IMG/VR virus record: IMGVR_UViG_3300027845_000130
Span: 1-42,819 of that record
Direction: 5' to 3' (one strand)
Source of the DNA: a virus
Lineage: Duplodnaviria > Caudoviricetes
DNA length: 42,819 nt
This document shows, in pieces, positions 34,294 through 42,819 of the stretch; within the stretch, counting starts at the first letter, position 1; every line of letters begins with the position of its first letter. Both the position numbers and the translations under genes were made by a program. Under the pieces are notes generated by a model. That model was not told the DNA's origin. It worked only from the letters and a program-made list of their open reading frames with translations, and ran no database searches.

Positions 34294-37200
34294 ATGGAAG
34301 AAGAAAAAGAAATTACTATGGAGGATCTTTTGACTCCTAACATTTCCAACCAAGTTGTTGAGGAAGAAGAAAAAGAAGATGAAGAAGTTCTTTTAAATAT
34401 TCCATCTATGGATAATTTTTTTGATAAAAACACTGAAAAAAAACCCGTTAGTGAACTTGACCAAAGCGTTATTGTAAGAGATAATCCTGCTTTGTTAAAT
34501 CCTGTTCAAATTAACACTAAAGTAGGGGAAATAGCAGAGGTTGTTGATTATAACGCAACAGAAGATGCTATAGTGTACGAACCTAGTAATCCCAAAGAAT
34601 CAGATTTTTATATACAAACACAGGAAATAGTAAATAAAATTGATGATATAGTTGAAAATCCTGTTAAATTATCACAATCTACCATAAACGTTGGCGAAGC
34701 AAAACAAGTTAATGTTGATTTTGAGCAAAGTCAAGAAATAGATGTTTTAGCGACTACTGAAAAAATAAATTCAGAGATTAATAATTCTCCAACAATTATA
34801 AAAATTAACCCAGTAGCAACTCAGAATATAATAAGAACTGACGAAAACTCAACTGGAATACCACCTATGTTTGTTGTTTCTGAAGATGAAAAAGAAGATA
34901 CTAGTAAATATTACAGTGTTAGTGACTCAGCTTATAAATATATAAAAGACTCTATACTCACAGAAGGTGAGCTTGAAACTTACAATACTTGGGAAGAATT
35001 TGTAGCTAAAGCTCGTGAGGTTACAGAAAAAATAGCGATGCAAGATCCAGTAGTAAAAAAGATTTTAGCTGAAGCTAATTTTAATTTGCAAAATGAATCT
35101 TACAGAAAATATATAGACATGTTAAATGTTGCTATAAATGAAAATGGTTTAGATAGTCCAGAGGAGGTAGAAGCATTGCAAAACGAGTATAATACGTGGA
35201 GAAAAAATAGATATAACGAATTAATACAAAATACTGATTTAAACTCAAGAGGACAACAATATAATTTTGCTACTAAAAAAATATTAGAAGATTTATACAA
35301 ACCTTTTGGTAGAACAAAAGAAGGAGATCTTGCTGAGATAGATAGACAGCTTAAAGAAGGTGAAATAAGTAAAACTTGGTGGGGATTAAAAGATACAGCT
35401 ATAGGTATGATTGCAGGTTTACCTGAAAAATATAATGTTTTTGATGTTACTGCTAAAAAATCTAATCTTAATGAGTTTGCAAATGAAATAAGTTATTATA
35501 ATAACAATAAAGAAACCCTAGAAAGATTAGGAATACTTGACTTAGATATAAAAGATTTTGAAGAAAAACTTAGACTAGCTGGTTTTACTCAATTTAAACG
35601 TAAACCTATTAGTAGATCAGCAAGGATGGCTATGGCATATGCTGGTAAAGATGCTGCTAAGCTTATTGATTCATCAAAAAAATATAACGATGATTATCCT
35701 ACAACTTTAGAATATGAAAATAGTCTTAAAGATTTAACTCAAGAAGAAAAAGAATTAATGCTTGAAAGCTATAACATGCTTTATAAAAGTAGAACAAGCA
35801 TGACAGCGGGCGACGTTACAGGTCAATCCACGAACTTGAGAGATAATATGAATAGAATTATTGAAAGACAAGACTCGATAATTGATAGTACTATTGCACC
35901 GACTATAGAAATATTGAAAAGCCAAAGATTTCAAAGTTTATTAAACGAAACAAATCCTAATGATAGTGGAGTTGTTGATACCGTTAATCAAATACTCAAG
36001 CAATCTAATATGTTAATGACTTTTACTGGAGAAGGTATAGCTGCTATTGGTTCTCGTTTTAAATCAGCTCCTGGTATAGCGGCGTATGGCGTTGGTAAAT
36101 TATTGTCTATTTTAGGTACTGCTGACATAGCGGCGCAAGAATTTGGATCTCAAATATGGGGTACTTTTGAAAAAAGAATAAAAGATAGAAAAGGTGAAAA
36201 CTACCAACCTACTTTAGATGACTATATGGCTGAAATAGAAGATCCTGAATCTGCAAATATTATTCAAAATCTTATAACCACAGGAGGTATTGTAGCGTTA
36301 GAAAGATTAGGTATATCTAAAGCTTTAGGAGCAAATAAAATGCTAGGTACAAATGTAGCATCACTATTAAGAGGTGAATATAAAACTTTTCTTAAAACAC
36401 TACCTGCTTTTGCTTATAAAAGAGAACTTTCTGGGTTAACTGAATACTTAACAGAAGGTTCTCAAGGCTATATTTCTGACGCTAGTGTTAGATTAGGCTC
36501 TGGAGATACTATTAATGAATCTTTAACAGAAGCTGAGTTTGACTTACTAGGAGCTAAAAAAGGATATCAAATAGGTAGATTTTTACCTGTTGTGGGAAAA
36601 ATAACATCTCAAACTGCTGTTGAATTAAATACCGCTGCTTTAAAATTATCAACAAATTTTGATTTAGGTAAGTTCAGTGAAACTTATAAACAAAATGAAT
36701 TATTTTTTAATAAATCTATAGAAAAAATACAAAAAGATATAGATTCAAAAAAAATATCACAAGAGCAAGGACAACAAATAATTAGAAATATATCTAATAT
36801 TAGAAACGCAGGTTTAAAAATACCTGCTAATGTGGATGGTAGATCTAAAAATAGATTAATGAGATTATTGTTAGAGCAAAAAGCTTTACAAAATAAAATT
36901 AAAGAAGTAGATAATAAAGACATAAGCGCTAATGATATTTTAGAATTAGCTACAGTATCTAGTCAGATTCAAAGCATAGTTAAAAAAGCTGATTCAAGAG
37001 AAAATTATGTTAATCAGGTTGGTAATGTTGTTAATATTATAAACAACAACGAAAGCGCTAAAGTAAAAATAATACGTAGTAAAGATGAAAAAGGTGTTAA
37101 AAACCAAGTAGACAAATTAAACAATGAAGGTTGGAAAATAGCTGCATCAAAAGGTTTAACAACTAACTATGGTACTATATTTCAAAAAGGTGATCAACAA

Positions 37201-40200
37201 GTTATATTGCTTAATGATAAAGAAATATTAGCTGATGGTGCTATAAATACAGCTGCTCATGAATTTCTACACGCTGTATTATGGAACACAGTAAAAAATA
37301 GTAAAGGAACTGCTTTAGCTTTAGGAAATGATTTAGTTACATATTTAAAAGATGTAAATCCTGAGCTAATGAAAAACTCTGTTTTTGCTAAAAGATTACA
37401 ACAATATAAAGACGATCCCACCGTAACTAACGAGCAGCAAGCTGAAGAAGTATTAACATTATTTTCAGAAGCAGCTTTAGACGGTGCTATAGAATTAAAT
37501 GAAGGTGCTTTAGATCAGATACAAGGTTTTTTTACAAGAATATTTAATTCTTTAATAGGTCGTGAAGCAGACCTTAGATTTAATAGTGGTAAAGATGTAT
37601 TTAAATTTATAAAAGGTTATAACGAAAGCATAAAGAAAGGAAAGTTTACAAAAGCTCAAGACAAACTTTTTGAAGGTAGAGCAGAAGGTGATTTAATTAA
37701 AAGAGAATACAAAACTAAAGATATAAAAGATCGTGACACTGACTCTAAAAGTAGTCAAGGTTTTGATAAAACAAATGAATTATTTGCTGATCCAGACTTT
37801 GAAGCTACTAATAGGTTTGACCAAAAGAAAGCCGTAGAAGCCGCTGGTGGAGTTATAGAAGCAGCTACTAAAAGACTATGGAGACAGGGAAGTTTATTAA
37901 CTAGAGATCAATTTAAGAAAGCTTTAGAAAACGAATACGTACAAGCGTTAGTAGAATATGATTCCGATAGAGATACCGGAACTGGAGCTGGTTCTTCAAT
38001 TTCAAGTAAGTTTAATTTAAGAGCCGGTGGTGTTGCAAGAGCTAATTTAGGTAAAGGCGAATCTGCTAGCTTAGATTCTGAACAAGCTAGACAAGTTGCA
38101 GACACAACAGAAGTAAAAGACTTTGACGAAACAACAACTCAAGAAAGTTCTCAAAGAAAAAAAGTGTATGCATCGCAAACAGACCAAGTAGGTAACTTAG
38201 ATTTAGGAGAAACTAAAGGTATTATAAAAGACGAAGTATCTAAAGAAATATTACTGTCAGCTAACAAAAAAATTAACGCGGCAGATATAGCTAGGAACAT
38301 AACTACTCAATCAAAAAAAGATTATTTCAAAAAACTTAGAAAAGATATAGGAACTTTTTCTAGTCAAACATATAAAGACTTTGTAAATTCATTAGATAAA
38401 AGTTTTATTAAATCATTACCAGTAGGAACAATAAAAAGAAGATTTGGTAAATTATTTGGAATAAAACAAACAGGAGTAACAAAAACAAAACAAACAAGCA
38501 AAACAGGCAAACCTAGTTATTTTAACAAACCAGTATATAACGTGCCTAAAGTTACCAACGAAGGATTACAAAAGTTTAAAGATTATTTTTTAGCTGGAGA
38601 AAAAAGGCAACAGTCACTTTATAGTATACTAACTCAAGATTTTGCTTTAGAATCTATACAAGAGTTAATGGCTGATAAAAGCTTTATGGATAAACTGCAA
38701 ACTGCTTTAAATAACGAAAGTATTTCAGCTAAAGAGTTTATGCAAAATATAGAAAATAAACTTGACACTAGAAACTTAGAAGATACTTCATTAGATGTAG
38801 TTAAAGCAAATAAAAAACGCGTAGGTATCGATAGCTCAAGCGCTCAAGAACAACTAACAAGCATAGCTTTAGCTAGGGACATTAATAAAGCTATGAAAAT
38901 AATTGACCCTAATTTATCAAATAAGGTTGGTGTTACTTCTGAAAATAAAATTGCAAAACAAAAGGCAATGTTAAAAGCGTTGAAAGATTATTTAATATCT
39001 GAAGAAGCTTTTTTAAATTCTAGATTTTCTAATTTTGGTAGAAAAAAAGTAGGCGATGTTTATGTTAATGAACCCGCGAAAGGTAGTTTATATTTTGGAA
39101 CAAAAGATCCAGCCTACAAAAAAGCTTTAGCACAAGTTAAAGCAAATGATTCTGGTAGTGGTAAAAAAGCTAAACGCGTAAACGCTAACACGGCAGGTAC
39201 AGAAAAAGCAAACAACCAAAGTGATATAAATCTTGAAGTATTAGAGTCTGTTGCTTTAGAGCTTCAAGCAGCTGTAAAAGGCGGTATGCCAATAGAACTA
39301 GCGGCTTTGTTTATAAGTTCTGGTTATCAAGCCACTCCTGGTTTAGTTAAAATAGCAGCAAAGATTGTAGGAGAGTCTACAAATCCTCAGTACGCTAAAG
39401 AAGGTAAAAACAACCAAACAACAGGAAAAGAAAAATGGAGAGAAGAACATAGTCCACCAGCATCTGTAGTAGGAGCTAGTATAATATGGGCTATTAAAAA
39501 CGGTCAAGTAAAAGCACTGTTCCCGTACATTAAAGAAAACTATATACAAGTTAAGTTATCTAAAGCAGATGATTTTTTACTAGATAAAGCAAAGTTAGAC
39601 TCCACTTTACCTCAAGGAGTAAGTATACTAACACCAAACGCTGGAATTAGAAGGTTTGCCGCGGCTGGTATAGATTTAAATACAATTAAAGATTTTAAAA
39701 CAGGTAAAAGCTTTGATGACTTAATGAACGTAGGTGTTACAAATAAAGCTAGCAAGAAAAATCCTAATATAATATATGCTCAAAACGCTTTAATATCAGA
39801 ACAAATTACTGATAATTTAGATGGTAAAACAACTAGAGCTAGAATTAAAGCTTACGAACCTATAGCAGCGTTAGAATATAAAGCTAGCAAAAAGAATACT
39901 ATTAAGTTTGGAGATAAAATAAATGATGAAATGACTGTCGCACAGCAGTTAACAATGTTAGGTGTTTACGATAAAGCAGCGTCTCAAGGAAGAAAACTTG
40001 ATTCACCTAAAAAAGGTATAAGTGTTTTTGATTTTGATGATACTTTAGCTAAAACTAAAGAAAAAGTTATAGTAAATAACATAGATGGAACTACTGTAGA
40101 AATAAGTGCTGCTAAGTTTGCAGAGCAAGCTAGCGAGCTAGAAGCTGAAGGAGCTAAGTTTGATTTTTCTAATTTTGAAAACGTAGGCAAAGGTACTCAA

Positions 40201-42678
40201 AAAGGACCGTTAGCTGATTTAGCTTTAAAACGTCAAGGGAAGTTTGGTAGTAAAGATATATTTGTATTAACAGCCCGACCACAAATTGCAGCTGAAGGTA
40301 TTAAAAAGTTTTTAGATGGTATTGGTTTAAATCTACCATTAACTAATATAACAGGTTTAGAAAACGGAACGCCTGGCGCTAAAGGTAACTGGGTTGCTCA
40401 AAAAGCCGCTGAAGGTTATAATGATTTTTATTTTGCAGATGATGCTTATAAAAACGTGGAAGCTGTTCAAGAAGTTTTAAGTCAAATAGACGTAAATTCA
40501 GTTGTTCAAATTGCAAAGTCAAGTAAAAAAAGAACTTTTGATAAAGTATTTAATGATATATTAGAAAGCTCTACAGGTATTGAAAGTTACAAAGAATATT
40601 CAGCAGCAAGAGCTCAAACAGTTGGCGCTAACAAAGGTAGATTTACTTTCTTTAATACACCGTCTGCAGAGGATTTTTTAGGCTTACTATATAAAACACT
40701 AGGTAAAGGAAAAGTTGGAGATGCTCAAATGGCTTTTTACAAAACTAATTTATTAGATCCTTATAATAGAGCTGAGCTTGCTGTTACTAATGCTAAAATA
40801 ACAGCTGCTAAAGCGTTTAAAGCATTAAAAAGAAATTTAAAAACTTTACCAAAATCTTTATCTAAAAAAACTGGTATTGGTGGCTTTACTTTTTCACAAG
40901 CAACAAGAGTAGCAGCTTGGACAAGACAAGGTATGAGTATACCTGGTTTATCTAAACGTGACATAAAAGAATTAAATGACTTTGTAGATAATAACGCGGA
41001 GTTAAATACGTTTGTTGATGAATTAATTAAAATACAAAAAGGTAAACCATACCCTAAACCTAGTGATAGTTGGTTGGCTGGTACAATTACTTCTGACATA
41101 CTAAATGAAATAAACAAAGTAAATAGAAAAGAATATTTACAAGAGTGGCAAGAAAATGTTGACATTATATTTTCTGATAAAAACATGAATAAACTTGAGG
41201 CTGCGTACGGTCCAAGATATGTAGAAGCTTTACGTGATCAATTAGCTAGAATGAAATCAGGCTCTAACAGACCCATAGGAGGTTCTAGAGTAGTTAACAA
41301 TGTGTTAGACTGGTTAAACAATTCTGTTGGTGCTGTTATGTTCTTAAACACAAGATCTGCCGTACTACAAACGTTGTCATCTGTAAACTTTATAAATTTC
41401 GGTAATAATAATATATATAAAGCAGGTAAAGCTTTTGCTAACCAACCACAGTTTTGGAAAGATTTTAAAACATTAATGAATTCTCCTTACTTAGTTGAAA
41501 GACGTAATGGTTTAAAAATAAACGTTAGTGAATCTGAAATAGCAGATGCTGTTGCAGAAAGTACTAATAAAGTTAAATCAGCTATAAGTTATCTACTTAA
41601 TAAAGGTTTTATATTTACAAGAATAGCAGATAGCTTTGCTATAGCTTCTGGTGGTGCTACTTTTTATAGAAATCAAATAAACGCTTACGTTAAAGGGGGT
41701 ATGGACATTAAAGAAGCAGAGAAAAGAGCATTTGATGATTTCTATGCTATTGCAGAAGAAAACCAACAGTCAAGTAATCCTAGTAAAATATCACAACAAC
41801 AAGCGTCAGGCGCTGGTCGTGTAATATTAGCTTTTGCTAACACACCAATGCAGTATGCTCGTATTATAAAAAGATCCAGTCAAGATCTTATAAACGGTAG
41901 AGGTGATTGGAAAACTAATGTATCTAAAATAGTTTATTATGGAGCAGTGCAAAACGTAATATTTAACGCGTTGCAAAATGCTTTATTTGCTGAAATGTTT
42001 GCTGAAGACGAAGAAGAAGACGAAGAACAATCAAATAGAGAAGGTAGAATAGCTAATGGTATGGCTGATTCATTACTTAGAGGTTTAGGTATACAAGGCG
42101 CTGCTGTATCAGCACTTAAAAACGCTTTAATAACTATAGCTAATGAAAATGATAAAAAATCTCCTAAATTTGTAAAAGCTGTTTATGACTTGTTTGATTT
42201 TTCTCCACCATTAGATTCTAAATTTAGAAAATTAAGATCAGGTGCTAATACTATTACGTGGGAAAGAGAAAATATAAAAAACAAAGGTTTTGATTTAAAT
42301 AATCCTGGATATTTAGCTGTAGCACAAATTATATCTGGATTAACAAATTTACCTCTTGATAGAGCTGTTCAAAAAATGAATAACATTAGAGCGATAATGA
42401 GCAACAGTTCTCAAAATTGGCAAAAAATAGCTATGACTTTAGGTTGGTCAACGTGGGATATAGGTTTACCTTATTATGGTGTTGAAGACAAAGTAGAAAT
42501 GACACCTCAAATGATACTTAAAGAAAAAGTAATTGTTATGAAAAAAGAAACAAATACTAAACAACAAAAAGAAATGTTGTTAAAATTGGGTCTTACTAAA
42601 CAGCAAATAAAGGATTTAAAATACGAAAACGAAAGAGTTAAAAAAATATTAGAATTACAAGAAAAAAATAAAAAATAA
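34294..42678 (+). CDS. Giant (2794 aa) multi-domain probable ejection/polyvalent virion protein with zincin and HAD modules
   Basis: HEFLH at 37258-37272 with EEVLT downstream; HAD motifs VFDFDDTL, VLTARP, FADDAYKN; helical C-terminus with hydrophobic segments. Confidence 0.75.
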   Translation: MEEEKEITMEDLLTPNISNQVVEEEEKEDEEVLLNIPSMDNFFDKNTEKKPVSELDQSVIVRDNPALLNPVQINTKVGEIAEVVDYNATEDAIVYEPSNPKESDFYIQTQEIVNKIDDIVENPVKLSQSTINVGEAKQVNVDFEQSQEIDVLATTEKINSEINNSPTIIKINPVATQNIIRTDENSTGIPPMFVVSEDEKEDTSKYYSVSDSAYKYIKDSILTEGELETYNTWEEFVAKAREVTEKIAMQDPVVKKILAEANFNLQNESYRKYIDMLNVAINENGLDSPEEVEALQNEYNTWRKNRYNELIQNTDLNSRGQQYNFATKKILEDLYKPFGRTKEGDLAEIDRQLKEGEISKTWWGLKDTAIGMIAGLPEKYNVFDVTAKKSNLNEFANEISYYNNNKETLERLGILDLDIKDFEEKLRLAGFTQFKRKPISRSARMAMAYAGKDAAKLIDSSKKYNDDYPTTLEYENSLKDLTQEEKELMLESYNMLYKSRTSMTAGDVTGQSTNLRDNMNRIIERQDSIIDSTIAPTIEILKSQRFQSLLNETNPNDSGVVDTVNQILKQSNMLMTFTGEGIAAIGSRFKSAPGIAAYGVGKLLSILGTADIAAQEFGSQIWGTFEKRIKDRKGENYQPTLDDYMAEIEDPESANIIQNLITTGGIVALERLGISKALGANKMLGTNVASLLRGEYKTFLKTLPAFAYKRELSGLTEYLTEGSQGYISDASVRLGSGDTINESLTEAEFDLLGAKKGYQIGRFLPVVGKITSQTAVELNTAALKLSTNFDLGKFSETYKQNELFFNKSIEKIQKDIDSKKISQEQGQQIIRNISNIRNAGLKIPANVDGRSKNRLMRLLLEQKALQNKIKEVDNKDISANDILELATVSSQIQSIVKKADSRENYVNQVGNVVNIINNNESAKVKIIRSKDEKGVKNQVDKLNNEGWKIAASKGLTTNYGTIFQKGDQQVILLNDKEILADGAINTAAHEFLHAVLWNTVKNSKGTALALGNDLVTYLKDVNPELMKNSVFAKRLQQYKDDPTVTNEQQAEEVLTLFSEAALDGAIELNEGALDQIQGFFTRIFNSLIGREADLRFNSGKDVFKFIKGYNESIKKGKFTKAQDKLFEGRAEGDLIKREYKTKDIKDRDTDSKSSQGFDKTNELFADPDFEATNRFDQKKAVEAAGGVIEAATKRLWRQGSLLTRDQFKKALENEYVQALVEYDSDRDTGTGAGSSISSKFNLRAGGVARANLGKGESASLDSEQARQVADTTEVKDFDETTTQESSQRKKVYASQTDQVGNLDLGETKGIIKDEVSKEILLSANKKINAADIARNITTQSKKDYFKKLRKDIGTFSSQTYKDFVNSLDKSFIKSLPVGTIKRRFGKLFGIKQTGVTKTKQTSKTGKPSYFNKPVYNVPKVTNEGLQKFKDYFLAGEKRQQSLYSILTQDFALESIQELMADKSFMDKLQTALNNESISAKEFMQNIENKLDTRNLEDTSLDVVKANKKRVGIDSSSAQEQLTSIALARDINKAMKIIDPNLSNKVGVTSENKIAKQKAMLKALKDYLISEEAFLNSRFSNFGRKKVGDVYVNEPAKGSLYFGTKDPAYKKALAQVKANDSGSGKKAKRVNANTAGTEKANNQSDINLEVLESVALELQAAVKGGMPIELAALFISSGYQATPGLVKIAAKIVGESTNPQYAKEGKNNQTTGKEKWREEHSPPASVVGASIIWAIKNGQVKALFPYIKENYIQVKLSKADDFLLDKAKLDSTLPQGVSILTPNAGIRRFAAAGIDLNTIKDFKTGKSFDDLMNVGVTNKASKKNPNIIYAQNALISEQITDNLDGKTTRARIKAYEPIAALEYKASKKNTIKFGDKINDEMTVAQQLTMLGVYDKAASQGRKLDSPKKGISVFDFDDTLAKTKEKVIVNNIDGTTVEISAAKFAEQASELEAEGAKFDFSNFENVGKGTQKGPLADLALKRQGKFGSKDIFVLTARPQIAAEGIKKFLDGIGLNLPLTNITGLENGTPGAKGNWVAQKAAEGYNDFYFADDAYKNVEAVQEVLSQIDVNSVVQIAKSSKKRTFDKVFNDILESSTGIESYKEYSAARAQTVGANKGRFTFFNTPSAEDFLGLLYKTLGKGKVGDAQMAFYKTNLLDPYNRAELAVTNAKITAAKAFKALKRNLKTLPKSLSKKTGIGGFTFSQATRVAAWTRQGMSIPGLSKRDIKELNDFVDNNAELNTFVDELIKIQKGKPYPKPSDSWLAGTITSDILNEINKVNRKEYLQEWQENVDIIFSDKNMNKLEAAYGPRYVEALRDQLARMKSGSNRPIGGSRVVNNVLDWLNNSVGAVMFLNTRSAVLQTLSSVNFINFGNNNIYKAGKAFANQPQFWKDFKTLMNSPYLVERRNGLKINVSESEIADAVAESTNKVKSAISYLLNKGFIFTRIADSFAIASGGATFYRNQINAYVKGGMDIKEAEKRAFDDFYAIAEENQQSSNPSKISQQQASGAGRVILAFANTPMQYARIIKRSSQDLINGRGDWKTNVSKIVYYGAVQNVIFNALQNALFAEMFAEDEEEDEEQSNREGRIANGMADSLLRGLGIQGAAVSALKNALITIANENDKKSPKFVKAVYDLFDFSPPLDSKFRKLRSGANTITWERENIKNKGFDLNNPGYLAVAQIISGLTNLPLDRAVQKMNNIRAIMSNSSQNWQKIAMTLGWSTWDIGLPYYGVEDKVEMTPQMILKEKVIVMKKETNTKQQKEMLLKLGLTKQQIKDLKYENERVKKILELQEKNKK

Positions 42679-42819
42679 TGGCACAAGAAATTGGCGAACA
42701 AACTAAAGTAACACTTGACCTTAAAACTATAGGTACAATAGTAGGGTTTACTATAGCACTAGCTACAACTTATTTTACTTTAAAAGCAGACATAGCTATC
42801 GCTATGGAAATGCCTGAAC
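42678..42819 (+). CDS. Partial membrane-anchored protein (MAQEIGEQTKVTLDLKTIGTIVGFTIALATTYFTLKADIAIAMEMPE...)
   Basis: Hand translation; TAATG overlap with the giant gene; one hydrophobic helix; open to the window edge. Confidence 0.65.
   Translation, partial: MAQEIGEQTKVTLDLKTIGTIVGFTIALATTYFTLKADIAIAMEMPE

Noticed and set aside
34294-42678. crAss-type virion RNA polymerase
   Set aside because: DFDDT sits in a full HAD motif context. The DxDxD strings DRDTD and DSDRD lie in charged or linker-like segments without the G.DFD.D double-psi-barrel context. Not fully excluded without a profile search.
1625-42678. Stop-codon reassignment as in some crAss-like phages
   Set aside because: Terminase, portal, capsid and the 2794-aa gene are uninterrupted in the standard code, and TAA, TAG and TGA all end tightly packed genes.
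1795-42701. Minus-strand and short nested ORFs in the track (e.g. 5575-5916, 6268-6726, 12455-13084, 31929-32414, 40761-41186)
   Set aside because: They are antisense or alternative-frame shadows of well-supported + strand genes, with no recognisable motifs.

Overview
An AT-rich, gene-dense segment of a podovirus-type tailed phage of Bacteroidota (probably Flavobacteriia), organised like crAss-like/phi14:2-related phages. The host call rests on A-rich leaders without Shine-Dalgarno sequences and on the protein families. Bases 1-1320 carry small minus-strand, early-type ORFs; three are each preceded by a copy of the motif CGA-N4-TAATACKA-N6-ATTGATAAT. This arm also holds TGACA/TGTCA palindromes and a tRNA-minihelix-like element. 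After a divergent strand switch (~1320-1620) all credible genes are on the + strand. In order: a tandem array of ANPGG paralogs, fibre-like proteins, groEL-groES, a cluster of disordered proteins with recurring SP-hydrophobic-N/H motifs around a small HExxH zincin, a 3TM holin, a double-domain GroES-like protein, TerS/TerL, portal, scaffold, major capsid protein, ring/tail proteins, a two-part tail stabilisation (muzzle-type) protein, a GNAT-like protein and three probable ejection proteins. The last is a 2794-aa multi-domain protein with zincin, possible sigma-region-2-like, His-Me-finger-like and HAD modules. All family calls are from motif recognition and gene order by eye; no searches were run.
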